Source: a virus (Duplodnaviria; Caudoviricetes). From it: 64,000 nt of DNA. The stretch is from positions 5,733 through 69,732 of IMG/VR virus record IMGVR_UViG_3300032272_000010, one strand, 5' to 3'. Below the pieces are notes generated by a model. That model saw only the letters and a program-made list of their open reading frames with translations, did not search any database and was not told where the DNA came from. Both the position numbers and the translations under genes were made by a program. Positions 24,485 through 35,300 of this stretch are shown here, one piece after another; position 1 is the stretch's first letter; the number at the start of each line of letters is the position of its first letter.

Positions 24485-27400
24485 CTAGCCAACACCGTAC
24501 CAACCGAGGTCTGAACTGAAGTCACTTTTGAGCTCTTTCAGTATCTCCTCAGCTCCTAGCACATCTGTGTCTTTAAGCAGACGCCCTCCTACTCTAGAGC
24601 GGCCAACAACAGGTATTAGCCCGATGTCAATCGCTTCATTCAAGTATTGGTCGTAGAGATGTCTAGGAAGACCTCTTGCAAGCATCTCATCTAGGGTCTG
24701 CTTAATAACATTACGATCTACCAAGTTAGAATAGATCTGACGAAGTGCCTGACGAGCATTCAACATTTCTGCTGCATTAGCGAAGAAAGCATCGTGAATT
24801 GTTGATGTTTGGACATCTGCTGACTTACCCCATAAATGGAAACGCTTAACGATGACGGCATCATTTGAGTGGTTGCCGTTTACACCGTAGGCTGTCCTAG
24901 CTTTGGTGGCATCGGCTACATCATTGATATTACCTGAGTCATTTATAAACTGCTCCCACCAAGTGGCCTGAGACTTCTGAGGTATTTGCAAGATATTATT
25001 CACACGGTTGCCATTCTTGTCTATATATGACAATTTCTCTTCAAAGCTCTGTGTGAAGTTCTGCTCAATTACCTTTCCGTCAAAGTTCACCCAGGGCACA
25101 TTAGTCCAGCGCTTAGGCAGCTTATTGGCAGTCATAAATTCGATCCCATCAGACAAGGTCTGTCCTAACAACTTATAACGCAAGAACTTCACACCAGTCC
25201 TTCGAGCTTCAGGCGGTCGAGCACCTAAGAGCATGTCATAAAGGCTGCTATCCTTTCCGTAGGGGCTGTAACGCTTCATGAACTCTTCAGTTATCAATGT
25301 GCCTTTCTCTATACCAAATAGGCTAGCTACACTGTCAGGGATCTTTTGACCTTTACCTGCCTCACCATAGAAGGATAACTTAAAGATGCTCTTCCAACCG
25401 AATGCACTATCAGATGGTTTAGCATTCTTCAAGAAGTCTTCAGCCAACCTTCCAAAATACTTAGTAAAGTCTTTAAGAATAGGTACTTGTATGCTCAAAT
25501 GCTCGCTCATTATCTTGGCTATCTGACGGAAGTCATCAGGGGTTATCACACGGTTGTAACTCTTGGACATGCGCTCTAGCAAACCTTTTGTCTCAGGTGT
25601 GAGAAACCATAAGTCTTCCATCATGTCAAGGCCTGGACTAGTGCCTTTGTTAAAGGTGTCCCTGACGTCTTTTCTGAGGGCTCTTAGAAGCGCTTCACCT
25701 TCCTTGTCAAAACGAGCTATCTTAGCTGCTTGGGCTGAAATCTCATTTAAGACCTCATCACGCTCAGCTGCTCTGACAACCAGTGTACCTTCTTCTCGAC
25801 CAAGTATTTTACCCAGCTTGGCTTCGACATTCAGGATACCGGTACGCTCACCCGCACCATAGAAGGACACCATGTTCTGCGCCTTACTAGCCTTTCGAAG
25901 ATCACGCTCTGTCAATCCAAGTTTCTCATTAAGTTGTCTAAAACGAGGGTCATTGAAGGTCTCCCTTGCAACCTCATCGTAGAGTCGCCTCTTCTGGGTA
26001 GTTGGCACAACATTGCTAAGCTCAGCTAGTTGCTTGTTCTTAGTCGTCAGAGCGATAATCTGAGCACCAGAAGAAGATGCATCCTGCTCCAATGCCAGTG
26101 ATATCTTGTAATTAGAGAGGGTCTCTAAAGATCGCTTAGTGTACAGGCCTTCTAAATGGTCATCTATCTTGGTCAACTCAATAGCAAATCTAAAGAACTT
26201 TCCTAGTTCCTCGGGGTCTACCTGAGCTACGATAGGTGACTCCAGTATAGCACGAATGTCACTAGGCTTCCCACGACGCATTTTACGACCTATCGCAATT
26301 AGTTCGGGACGCCACTTGTTAGCAATCTTCTGCCTTCCTGTGATGGTGAGTGAGTCAAACCGACCTTCAAAGAAGTCAGTCAAGCCACCTAAGAAAGCAC
26401 CTACTTGATCCTGCAAATTTAAGAACTCAGCAGCACTGAAATTCTGTGACTTAGCAGTATTCAAGAAGGGTCTGAAGGTCTCACCTGACTGTGGTCCTAT
26501 TAAGCCTCTGTCATAGACTCTAGCACGGTGATCGATGAAAGGCTGATTAGAGAACGCAGCATCTTTCTTCCTGAGCCACTCCATAGCTTTAAAACGCTCG
26601 TAGGCATCGCCCCTGGAGGTGAGATACTTACGGTAACCGTTCAAATCATCGTAGAAAGAAGCCCTACCTCGGTCATCCTTAAAGTGCATTAGCTTGTCCA
26701 CGAAGTCGTAGAAGTCTTCATCAACCTTGTACTCGGCCTTAGAAGCCCAGTTGAGTGCGTCCACAAGATCACGATCTACGAGGTCTTCAGGGAAGTCACT
26801 GAAAGCACTAGTTGAGGTTATAGGTATACGAGTATCATAGTCGCCCTTCAAGCCGTCATTCACAAAGTATGTCTTGTATCCTGTCTTGAACTTCAGACGA
26901 TTCCCAGGCGTTGTTACACCGACTCTCAGACCTACCTCTACAGCTCTCGTGAGCTTAGCATAACGCTGAACCCTTGGGTCTGTCACTCTGATGTTCCATG
27001 AAGTAGTATCGTAGTAAGCACCAAAATATTGATTGCTCATACGACTCTTCATTCGACGTTTCTGAGTCCCGAAGGTCTCTACTTTAAAGAACTTCTCAAC
27101 ATTTTCAGCTTCAAGGACTCGCATCCCTGCTTTGTACCAAGAGAGGCGATCCCCATTATAGTTGGCCATCTCATGAAGGTCTCTTCCGAGGGCAACAGCA
27201 AACTGATCCCTATCAGGCATGTCAGCCATGGAGAGTCTGTGAGCGAACCTCAAGTAGAACTGTTCAAGGTCTTGATTAGTCATCCTTGAATGTAGCTTAA
27301 GAGGTATACGGTAATCGAACACGTTACGCAACTCTCTAGCAATCTTAGGAGCTGTCTTGTCCTCCCAAGTGTTCTTGGCTTTGATGTTGCTTATGAAATT

Positions 27401-29089
27401 GTCGTGCAACTCCTGCAACTGTACAGCGCCTAACACAGGATCTAGATAATTATCTTGTGACAGACGCTTCAGGAGGCCGCTATCAGCTCTCAAAGCAGTC
27501 TCAAGAGAATCAGAGATGTTCATCACATCAAACTTCATCTGGCTCACTGAAACAGCCTTAAAGTTCTGCCACACCTCACCGTTCTTGCGGTAACGCGTGA
27601 AGAGTATACGGAGGTTGTCAACAACGACGGCACGCTCATTGATACTCATAGTGTCTTCGAGCTTCTTATCTAGTGCGTGTATAACGCCTTTATCAGCTGC
27701 ACTGAGTGACTCAGAGGCTTCTACACGTTTGAGCGCATTAGTGTGCACAAGAGGCATAGGCTGATATCTGCGAGGGTCATCGTAGCGCCCTGTCACAGGG
27801 TTGAAGACCATCTTGTCATCAGTTGGCGGTCTGTTCAGTACAGCAGCCTTCGTGCGCCTCTTATTGCCTACTAATACGCCTCTATAGTTTGTCAAGCTCA
27901 GTAAACCGTCGAGTTCAGTGGATTGTAGCTTATAGTAGGTAGCGAGATTGTTCAACAACATCTGATCGTCATAAAGATCTTCAGGTCTTGAGATACCCAG
28001 TCTTAGAGCATCTAGCTTGTTCTTAGCAGTAGCAAACCGGACTGTTCCACCGACGGGAACATACTCAGATGATGTCAGCTTACGCAAAGTACGTAATCCT
28101 ACAGACTTACCTTCAGGATTAGTGAACTTATCAACAGTAAGTTGCTTCGTTCTGAACAATTCCAAGCGTTCTTGAGAGCCTAGATGCCGCAGTTGAACTG
28201 CTGATGTCTGTCGTCGCAGCCACACATCATAAGGGACACGTAATGGCGTCAAGCCATCGTAGTATCCTCGCTGCTTCTTGGTCAAGCCTTTTAAGTTACG
28301 CTGACGTACTTGGGCAACACCCTCTAGTTTCTGCAGTGAGTCCCATGACTTGAACACTGGTGTGGTTATCGATCTACACCTATAGTGGGCTGGAGGTAGA
28401 TACTGAGTGTCACCTATCTCATAAATTGAGCCATCGCGGTGACTGCAAATTGGAGTCGTAGCGCTGTCGAGAACGGCCACGTACTGCCACCCTTCGAGCG
28501 CTTTTTCGTTGGCCTGATAGACGGCATGGTCGGCTTGCGCGTACACAGAGGTGAGAGCTGTAGTGGTCAGAGCCCTTGACTGATTTCGGGTTATCTTATG
28601 GATATTTCCCTTACGGATGTTCTTGGCAATCTCAGGCATTGAAAGACCTTCAGAGATTCCCTTCCTGATCAGCTGGTCTACCTTCTTACGCTCCCCTAAG
28701 GTCAACCCTTTCCAGCCAGCTTCTAAAGTCTTGTTACCTAGTAACTTATTACTGAGCACCATGTCTTCCGATATACGTCGTGACTTTGTCTTCCAAACAC
28801 GCCCCATTACAGCTTCAATGTTCTGATACGCAAAGGAAGCTTGGTCACTGGCAAATGAACGCAAACTATTACGGCTTGCACGATAAGCTTCTTGCGAAAC
28901 TTTTAAGAATTCTTTGTCAAGTTGCGTTTTTAAGCTGGCCCGAGACGAATCCCTGACCAGCTTGTCCAACCGTTCTTTATGATTACCGAACACATCATCT
29001 ACTTGACCATGTAATCGGCGCTCATACAACCTGACAACTGCTGCTCTATCTACAATCTTATCATGTAGAACAGTATTAGCGTTGTCCAT
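24485..29089 (-). CDS. MuF (SPP1 gp7-like) head morphogenesis domain fused to a T7-type single-subunit DNA-directed RNA polymerase
   Basis: MuF: WQYVAVLDSATTPIC..RDG...PPAHYRCRS (aa ~200-240). RNAP: DHRARVY (~853), motif A EQDASSSGAQ (~1003), motif B KASKAQNMVSFYG (~1066-1078), NGNHSNDA, motif C IHDAF (~1433). Confidence 0.9.
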   Translation of the reverse strand: MDNANTVLHDKIVDRAAVVRLYERRLHGQVDDVFGNHKERLDKLVRDSSRASLKTQLDKEFLKVSQEAYRASRNSLRSFASDQASFAYQNIEAVMGRVWKTKSRRISEDMVLSNKLLGNKTLEAGWKGLTLGERKKVDQLIRKGISEGLSMPEIAKNIRKGNIHKITRNQSRALTTTALTSVYAQADHAVYQANEKALEGWQYVAVLDSATTPICSHRDGSIYEIGDTQYLPPAHYRCRSITTPVFKSWDSLQKLEGVAQVRQRNLKGLTKKQRGYYDGLTPLRVPYDVWLRRQTSAVQLRHLGSQERLELFRTKQLTVDKFTNPEGKSVGLRTLRKLTSSEYVPVGGTVRFATAKNKLDALRLGISRPEDLYDDQMLLNNLATYYKLQSTELDGLLSLTNYRGVLVGNKRRTKAAVLNRPPTDDKMVFNPVTGRYDDPRRYQPMPLVHTNALKRVEASESLSAADKGVIHALDKKLEDTMSINERAVVVDNLRILFTRYRKNGEVWQNFKAVSVSQMKFDVMNISDSLETALRADSGLLKRLSQDNYLDPVLGAVQLQELHDNFISNIKAKNTWEDKTAPKIARELRNVFDYRIPLKLHSRMTNQDLEQFYLRFAHRLSMADMPDRDQFAVALGRDLHEMANYNGDRLSWYKAGMRVLEAENVEKFFKVETFGTQKRRMKSRMSNQYFGAYYDTTSWNIRVTDPRVQRYAKLTRAVEVGLRVGVTTPGNRLKFKTGYKTYFVNDGLKGDYDTRIPITSTSAFSDFPEDLVDRDLVDALNWASKAEYKVDEDFYDFVDKLMHFKDDRGRASFYDDLNGYRKYLTSRGDAYERFKAMEWLRKKDAAFSNQPFIDHRARVYDRGLIGPQSGETFRPFLNTAKSQNFSAAEFLNLQDQVGAFLGGLTDFFEGRFDSLTITGRQKIANKWRPELIAIGRKMRRGKPSDIRAILESPIVAQVDPEELGKFFRFAIELTKIDDHLEGLYTKRSLETLSNYKISLALEQDASSSGAQIIALTTKNKQLAELSNVVPTTQKRRLYDEVARETFNDPRFRQLNEKLGLTERDLRKASKAQNMVSFYGAGERTGILNVEAKLGKILGREEGTLVVRAAERDEVLNEISAQAAKIARFDKEGEALLRALRKDVRDTFNKGTSPGLDMMEDLWFLTPETKGLLERMSKSYNRVITPDDFRQIAKIMSEHLSIQVPILKDFTKYFGRLAEDFLKNAKPSDSAFGWKSIFKLSFYGEAGKGQKIPDSVASLFGIEKGTLITEEFMKRYSPYGKDSSLYDMLLGARPPEARRTGVKFLRYKLLGQTLSDGIEFMTANKLPKRWTNVPWVNFDGKVIEQNFTQSFEEKLSYIDKNGNRVNNILQIPQKSQATWWEQFINDSGNINDVADATKARTAYGVNGNHSNDAVIVKRFHLWGKSADVQTSTIHDAFFANAAEMLNARQALRQIYSNLVDRNVIKQTLDEMLARGLPRHLYDQYLNEAIDIGLIPVVGRSRVGGRLLKDTDVLGAEEILKELKSDFSSDLGWYGVG

Positions 29090-29093
29090 CTAA

Positions 29094-30560
29094 TTACTCC
29101 TGTTGAGATTCATCGTCAAGGCTGACATCATCGTCAACCTCTTCGTTGAAAGAGTCCTCAGTTATTTCTTTTAAAGCATCATCGTCGTCGTACTCTGGCG
29201 GCACAAGGTCATTAGCCTTAAGAAGTGCCAGCCATACGCTTCGAGGTAGTAGCTTATTCTCGTACCATTCTGTAGCAAGACGTATCCACTCTGAACCTAG
29301 AGGCACAGGGTTAAAGTCTTCAGAAAGGTCAAACTTGATGTCGTCCAGATTGATAGTTATACCGTACTTCCAGTACAACATCACACCTAACACTTGTCGC
29401 ATCACTAGACTTATCTTGGTATTGAGAGTTCCTAGCTGAGCTGTCTGAGCCGCATTACGTATCTCTAAAGCAATCCCACTTTGGGCTGTCTCAGGTGATA
29501 ACATGCGGATACCTAACTTAGCCATCTCGATCATGGCATTAGCAATAGCTGTCTCCATGTCTTTCAAAGCATCTGTAGGTGTCTCCATGACGCCAATAGT
29601 ATCGCCCTTAGCGAGCTTAAGCCAAGAGCCTAATCCACTGCCTACAACCTTCTGAAAGTCGTCTTCAGACATATCGGAGGCAATGTAAGGCGTGTACGTT
29701 GATGCACCATATAGGAGGTGATTTCTCCGGCTCATCTTATTGTAGAGAGAGACTTCCTTATCGACCAACGGTGTCAACAGCGGAGCACACACATCAATAC
29801 TACCGTTAAGTGGCCACGCTGGGATGAATTTAAGTCGCTTCCCTTGCATGGTGATGTCGACGTGGGTGTCCTTGAGATTCCAGTCTTTGCCATCTGAAAT
29901 GAACTCACGTATCTGGTAGGCACCAGTACTATCTAATTCATGCACGTAAACGATAGGGACGACCTTAGGGTGAAAAGGACTGTCGGGATCAGGAGTCTCC
30001 ATAGACTTCTTAACGATCACCTGTGAGAGTACCGTCTGACCGTCTTCATCCTTCACACGCCAGTTGATCACCTCCTCAGCTGTCCATAACTCTGGGAACG
30101 GAAAGATGTTATCTGGAGTATCTTCTTCGATGTTGTGAGAAGGGTGACTTAACCAGACCCAAGCTCTCGACGTCCTGAGTTCCTCCCATAAAGCCTCATC
30201 AAGAAACGATACAAGCGGCGCACCGTCCTTTCCAAAGCTGTTCCTGAGCCAGTCAGCAGCCTCCGAGGGGTACGCTTCTGGTACATCTAGAGTAGGGGGC
30301 TTCCTAAGAAGACCACCCACTAGCATCCTTGAGAACTGAGCAACAATAGCAGGGAGTTCTGCCTCGGACTTGTAGAAGTCGTACTGCTGCTGCGTCATAA
30401 CAGGTGAGAAAGGTAGCAAGATGTTGCTGAAGGATGTTGAATCAAGAGTCTTGTCTAAGATTTTGACAGCGCGTTCACCTTCACACATTGCTTTGTTCTT
30501 CTCCCATATAGGAGCATAATGTAGATATTCATCACAGGGTGTTGCAACTGTCTTATTCAT
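29094..30560 (-). CDS. Portal protein (DUF4055-like)
   Basis: 488 aa, between the terminase region and MuF; LKRIPAWPL-like FIPAWPL, YNKMSRRNHLLY and SGIALEIR patterns. Confidence 0.8.
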   Translation of the reverse strand: MNKTVATPCDEYLHYAPIWEKNKAMCEGERAVKILDKTLDSTSFSNILLPFSPVMTQQQYDFYKSEAELPAIVAQFSRMLVGGLLRKPPTLDVPEAYPSEAADWLRNSFGKDGAPLVSFLDEALWEELRTSRAWVWLSHPSHNIEEDTPDNIFPFPELWTAEEVINWRVKDEDGQTVLSQVIVKKSMETPDPDSPFHPKVVPIVYVHELDSTGAYQIREFISDGKDWNLKDTHVDITMQGKRLKFIPAWPLNGSIDVCAPLLTPLVDKEVSLYNKMSRRNHLLYGASTYTPYIASDMSEDDFQKVVGSGLGSWLKLAKGDTIGVMETPTDALKDMETAIANAMIEMAKLGIRMLSPETAQSGIALEIRNAAQTAQLGTLNTKISLVMRQVLGVMLYWKYGITINLDDIKFDLSEDFNPVPLGSEWIRLATEWYENKLLPRSVWLALLKANDLVPPEYDDDDALKEITEDSFNEEVDDDVSLDDESQQE

Positions 30561-30561
30561 A

Positions 30562-30900
30562 CTAGGCCCTCAAGCGCTTGTTGAAGTCCGAAAGACGGCC
30601 CACAAAAGTCTCACCAGAGTTGCCACAAGTTGCTTCCACACCGCCGCCTTTGCGTTGAGTCAGAGTCCAGTTGGCAGGAGTGCTGACTACAAAAGGTGTG
30701 ATCTCTTCAAGAGCTTCATAAGCCTCTACATCGAACGCCTCAAACTCTTCGGTTACTTCCTCCTCAGTCTCTTCGGGAGGCAAGTCAAGGCCGTCTATAG
30801 GCGTTACTGTGTCGAGCTCTTCGGTAGGAGTTTCTATGTCAAGCTCTTCGATAGGAGCTTCTGGTTCTTCGGCTGCAGGGTTGATACTGATAGATGTCAT
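30562..30900 (-). CDS. Acidic protein with a C-terminal PANW...GETF.G...FN.RL module
   Basis: Module shared with the N-terminus of 35463..35840. Confidence 0.6.
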   Translation of the reverse strand: MTSISINPAAEEPEAPIEELDIETPTEELDTVTPIDGLDLPPEETEEEVTEEFEAFDVEAYEALEEITPFVVSTPANWTLTQRKGGGVEATCGNSGETFVGRLSDFNKRLRA

Positions 30901-31067
30901 TAGGTAACCTTCTTAAGTTTCGTTTCAAATTCATTCGCTAAGAGACCGTGAGCTCTCAATAAGCGTGCGTGTCTACTGGCCGAGGCTTCGTAGACTTTCT
31001 TCATAACTGTGTAATACCATTTCTTCAAAATGCAATCCTCAAGGGTGATAAGCGTCACGATAGACAT
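30900..31067 (-). CDS. Small hypothetical protein (55 aa, missing from the ORF track)
   Basis: MSIVTLITLEDCILKKWYY...; fills the gap and its stop forms a TAATG overlap with the next gene. Confidence 0.4.
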   Translation of the reverse strand: MSIVTLITLEDCILKKWYYTVMKKVYEASASRHARLLRAHGLLANEFETKLKKVT

Positions 31068-31617
31068 GCCACTCTAGCTCGTGAGTGAGAAATTGATTAC
31101 CTCGGTTTTTATCAGTCATAGGTAGTGCGACAAGGTATTCTGTCTCACTGATCTTTACTGTACAGGCTACGGATGTGTGATGACCACACACATCGGCTAC
31201 TTGGAAATCACTGTTGTAATACTCAATATGTTCAATGACATCTTCTGGTTTCCTCAGTCGAGTACCTACAGGAGTATGGTTATTGAAATTACTAATGAGC
31301 GTGTTTTGAATATGATTTGCGAACGTATCCGGCAAGTACTCGTTGACGTTGTTGAAGAACGCTGACCTGCATTTGCCGTGGTTGGTGGCCTCTCCTGCCA
31401 TGTTATAAAAGCAGTGCTCTAAAGTCGGGTTGAAACCAAACAAAGAGTCCTCCTTGTGTAACTGTTTCAGCTTAGCATCTTGAGCATCAGTGATTGTCCC
31501 GTTGCCAGTCATAATCAAATAGCTTGGCTTAGCGAAGACTTCCGTCTGTGTAGCAAAAGGAGCAGCGTTTACTGTGAAAGCCAAAGCCACTAATAAGAAT
31601 GTAGCTATGTACCTCAT
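31039..31617 (-). CDS. Exported protein with signal peptide
   Basis: MRYIATFLLVALAFTVNA Sec-type signal with AxA site; several Cys; C-terminal THELEWH. Confidence 0.6.
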   Translation of the reverse strand: MRYIATFLLVALAFTVNAAPFATQTEVFAKPSYLIMTGNGTITDAQDAKLKQLHKEDSLFGFNPTLEHCFYNMAGEATNHGKCRSAFFNNVNEYLPDTFANHIQNTLISNFNNHTPVGTRLRKPEDVIEHIEYYNSDFQVADVCGHHTSVACTVKISETEYLVALPMTDKNRGNQFLTHELEWHVYRDAYHP

Positions 31618-32123
31618 GTGAATCTCCTGTCTTTTTGGCCACTAATCTTGTGGATTTGTGCAAGCTCTGTGGCAGCTACTTGCACTGGGTTTTCAGGGTC
31701 AGTGTTATCCCAAACATCAGGCATGAACGCTATGAGTAATGGTTGAACTGGGTGACGGGGAGTCCCTGTTGTATTACCTGTTAAGTCACCCTCTTCGTCT
31801 ATTTCCCATTCAGTGCCTACTTGTCTACCATCAAGATACCAAGCGCCACCTATTACAGCTTCACCTGCGAACTCGCCTGCTAGTAGCTGATCGGTTAAAT
31901 CTAAGCCTGCTTCGTCGGTGTAGTAACTAAATGCTTTGTAAGTGACCCCAGTATCTAGACTGAGGTAGTCTTTACACATCTCAGTGAATAAACCGCCACT
32001 ACCGTCTGATTTAGTAATCGTGTCGGCAACAGTGTTCAGTTCAGGCCGTAATTCAGGGTCAGCTTGTACTGCTGCAAGCACAGCTCTGGCAGTGTCAGAA
32101 AGGGCTATAACTACGTTAATCAT
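31614..32123 (-). CDS. Hypothetical protein (accessory cassette)
   Basis: 169-aa ORF, 4-nt overlaps with its neighbours. Confidence 0.6.
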   Translation of the reverse strand: MINVVIALSDTARAVLAAVQADPELRPELNTVADTITKSDGSGGLFTEMCKDYLSLDTGVTYKAFSYYTDEAGLDLTDQLLAGEFAGEAVIGGAWYLDGRQVGTEWEIDEEGDLTGNTTGTPRHPVQPLLIAFMPDVWDNTDPENPVQVAATELAQIHKISGQKDRRFT

Positions 32124-32377
32124 TCGCTAGTCCTCTCATCCGTAAGTCCCAGAGAAGCCATAAATTGATCTCTGTTTAGTGTTACGCCCATTAGCTCTGA
32201 GACCTTCTCCTGTAGCATCTGTACGTGGGTATCGTGGATCAGCGTAATAGGCTCGTCAATAGAAGCTCGATAGCTTGTTACTTGGCCTACTTCTTGCTCA
32301 ACATCAGGGGCTATATGATTGCCCCGTATTTGATATATTTTTACTGTCATGCTGCACCTCCATCGGTGATTGTCCAT
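32120..32377 (-). CDS. Hypothetical protein (probable start MTVKIYQ)
   Basis: ORF with GGAGG upstream of the internal ATG. Confidence 0.55.
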   Translation of the reverse strand: MDNHRWRCSMTVKIYQIRGNHIAPDVEQEVGQVTSYRASIDEPITLIHDTHVQMLQEKVSELMGVTLNRDQFMASLGLTDERTSE

Positions 32378-35300
32378 CCATGATCTGTAATAAGTGCGGC
32401 TCTTGCTACCCCACCTGCCGTGTTATATGTAGACAGGCCACCCTCAAACGTCACTGAGCCGTTCTGATTAGCGGCTTCCATACGAACCAACATCGCGGAA
32501 TAGTCTGCTGTATTGATCGTGTTGCCGTTGAATATCTGAACGCCGTTTGTCAGTGCAGGGAATGACAACGAAGAACCAATTGAAGTGATACCCGCTAACT
32601 TAAACATTTGAACGCCGTATGTCAGCGATGCAAGCGTTAATGACTCCGGCAGCGCGCCGAGATTACAGTATGAAAACATTGCCCCCGCGCTTGTAAGGCT
32701 ACCTAGAGTAATCCCTTCGGGTATTCCATCCAAAGCCGTTAAGATGAACATGTTAGAAGCTGAAGTCAAAGTGCTATTGAAGAATCCAAAATGATCTGGA
32801 TGCACAAGTAACTTAGTCAGGTTCGTACAGCCTCTAAAGGCGTTCTGTTGATTGATGTCATAAGAACAATCTCCCCAGCTCAGAATTCGCAGCAACTTCA
32901 GCTTATCACCAACATTATTGAAATGGATAGCTGGGAAAACGCCGGATATTTGAACCTCGTAAACACCTGCCGTTGTATAAACGTGCACCAAATCAGCATC
33001 GTTGTAAGTAGTAACGGTTGAGGTTGAACCGTCACCCCAATCGACCACAGCGTTATAAGTGCCGACGTTTCTCGCGGGAATCGTCAGAGTTTCACCATTG
33101 CTGGCAATGTTAAATTCCAACACCATAGAGTCGCCATAGTAGGGAACCATGAGCTCCTCGATCTTAGTCTTACCAGTAGCGTAATCAGGGATAGTCCAGC
33201 GCTGGATATTTGAAAAGTAATGGGTGTGTGGGTTACTGTAAGCGAGGAAAAGGTTAGCCCATGCCCCGTACGTGCCCCTATAAACCTCATTGTATCCAGT
33301 TATCGTCGAAACCACTCCATCTACGTAAACAGTCTTCAAGGCATCGGTTGCGTCGTAGGTTACTCCATGCGCGTATACAACATTTCTACTCCACGCGCCT
33401 GTAAATCCTAGAATTCTTTCACCATCATACGTACCTAGCTGATACCCTGAATCAGGCTTAGCGAAGGCTAAATTTGCGGCGGTGACATTGCTGGCAGTTA
33501 ACCAAGAGTAATAACTAGCGGTTGGAATCTCACTGCCACTGATAGATGATTCTAGGTTGTAGAAATAAGCGCCATTGTCTTGATCGTGGTTTGCCAAATC
33601 CCAACGGTAATCCGTGCGGTTAATACTCGCTGCTGCTGAGTCGGTGAAGATCGGAGGCAAGCCTCTGACATCAGTGATTGTTTTGTTGAGATGAACTTCA
33701 CGCTGACCGAGAATTATCGAACCGGTAGGTGAGGAGCTCTCGGTTGCAAAATCGTCTGACATTGCAGGTGCTATGTAGTGTCTCAAAGATGTAAGATTGG
33801 TGTTTGTCATTTCTTGGACAACAACCCACCACAAGCCATCATCAACAATTTCTACATTCTCCGACCCCTCATACTTGTTGAATGCCCCTGTTTTAGTATT
33901 CAACAGTACCTTGTTCCACGCACCTCCAACATATAGCGTGTTAAATGCAGGAAAACGTGTCTCATTTTCGTCTTTCTTAACCCACGTTTTGAATGTGTGT
34001 ACCGACGTATCAGCCACAGTGGCTACCTCAGGGCGAATTACGGAAGGATAATCTGTTTGCGCGTCCGACAGTAGAATCGCTGTATTAGGTTCGCCGGTTA
34101 GCCCCACCTGATCTAACGTGAGAGTGGGCGTACCGTTCATCGGGTGGATAATGTCAGTGTTGCTATACACCCACGAGTTTGTAGCATCAGGCGTGTATTG
34201 CAACTGAGGCATACCAGTGGCTAATAGATTGTCTGCCCATGCTGAACCATTCCAATATTCAGGGTAATATTTCCAAGGGCCTTGTTCTACGAACTGATAC
34301 TGCCCTTCTGTGACTACATTACTAGCGACTGTGTTTCTGTTTTGATAGCAGAAGGTTTTGGTTCTGGGGATTTCTTTAATTGATACATTGTCAATAAAGA
34401 AGTAATCCCCTGGGGTATGGGCAGAATTCATCCTAATACGTATTTGTCTAGCTACATGCTGTGCGCCTAACAACTTTACAGAACAATGTCGTGCCTCACT
34501 GGTCCCACTAAATAACAGAGGAGGTGAAGCATTCTGACCTTCAACATTCAACTCTACAGTGCCTGTGTAAGTCCCTGGAGTGAAATCAAAGGAAAGCTCA
34601 TAATTCCTTCCGACGACAAGATCATAAGCGTTAGCTGCCTCAATATTTGCGTATTGTGAACCATCACCTATGAATTTGCCCTTATCGTTTTCACGAACAA
34701 GACTCGCACCACCTACTGCCGAATATCCAGACGCATCAACAGAGAAATCCGAGTTCGATACAAATTGCAGACCGTCACTCGGTGATGCAGACGTTGAAAC
34801 ATACTCGCTGGGTGTTGTTGTATCTGAACGGCCTGTGGCGTTTTCTAGCTGCACGTCGGTCAAATGAATAGAGCCAGCATCTAAGATGCTAAAACGGATA
34901 GCGCCTGAACTATAGACGGTGCCTGCGACGCAGTAGCGTTTATACTCGCTAGTCAGCGTAATGTCCGTGTTGCCTAGTATTGGGTATGCGGTCTGGCTTC
35001 GGATACGGTCGGATGTGCCTGCTTTCGCCCGGAATGACAGTATGATAGGTGTTCCTGCCGCATACACATCAGCCGGGACACTAAACCAGCCTCCATCTGA
35101 CGGGGCGTTTATCTCCGTCTGACTGATTACATTTGTAGTAATCATCGACCACTGATTAGCGTCCGAAGAGTCGGTTATGCCGTTCTCAACTACTCGACCT
35201 TTAGCCCACACGGGTTCATTAGCTGCAAACGCATGGCAAATGCCTTGATAATCGGCAGCGTATATAACTGCGGCATGGGTCGAGGTGGGCGTACCCACAC

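Noticed and set aside
24485-29089. MuF polymorphic toxin
   Set aside because: The C-terminal region carries complete RNAP catalytic motifs rather than a toxin domain, and no immunity gene follows.
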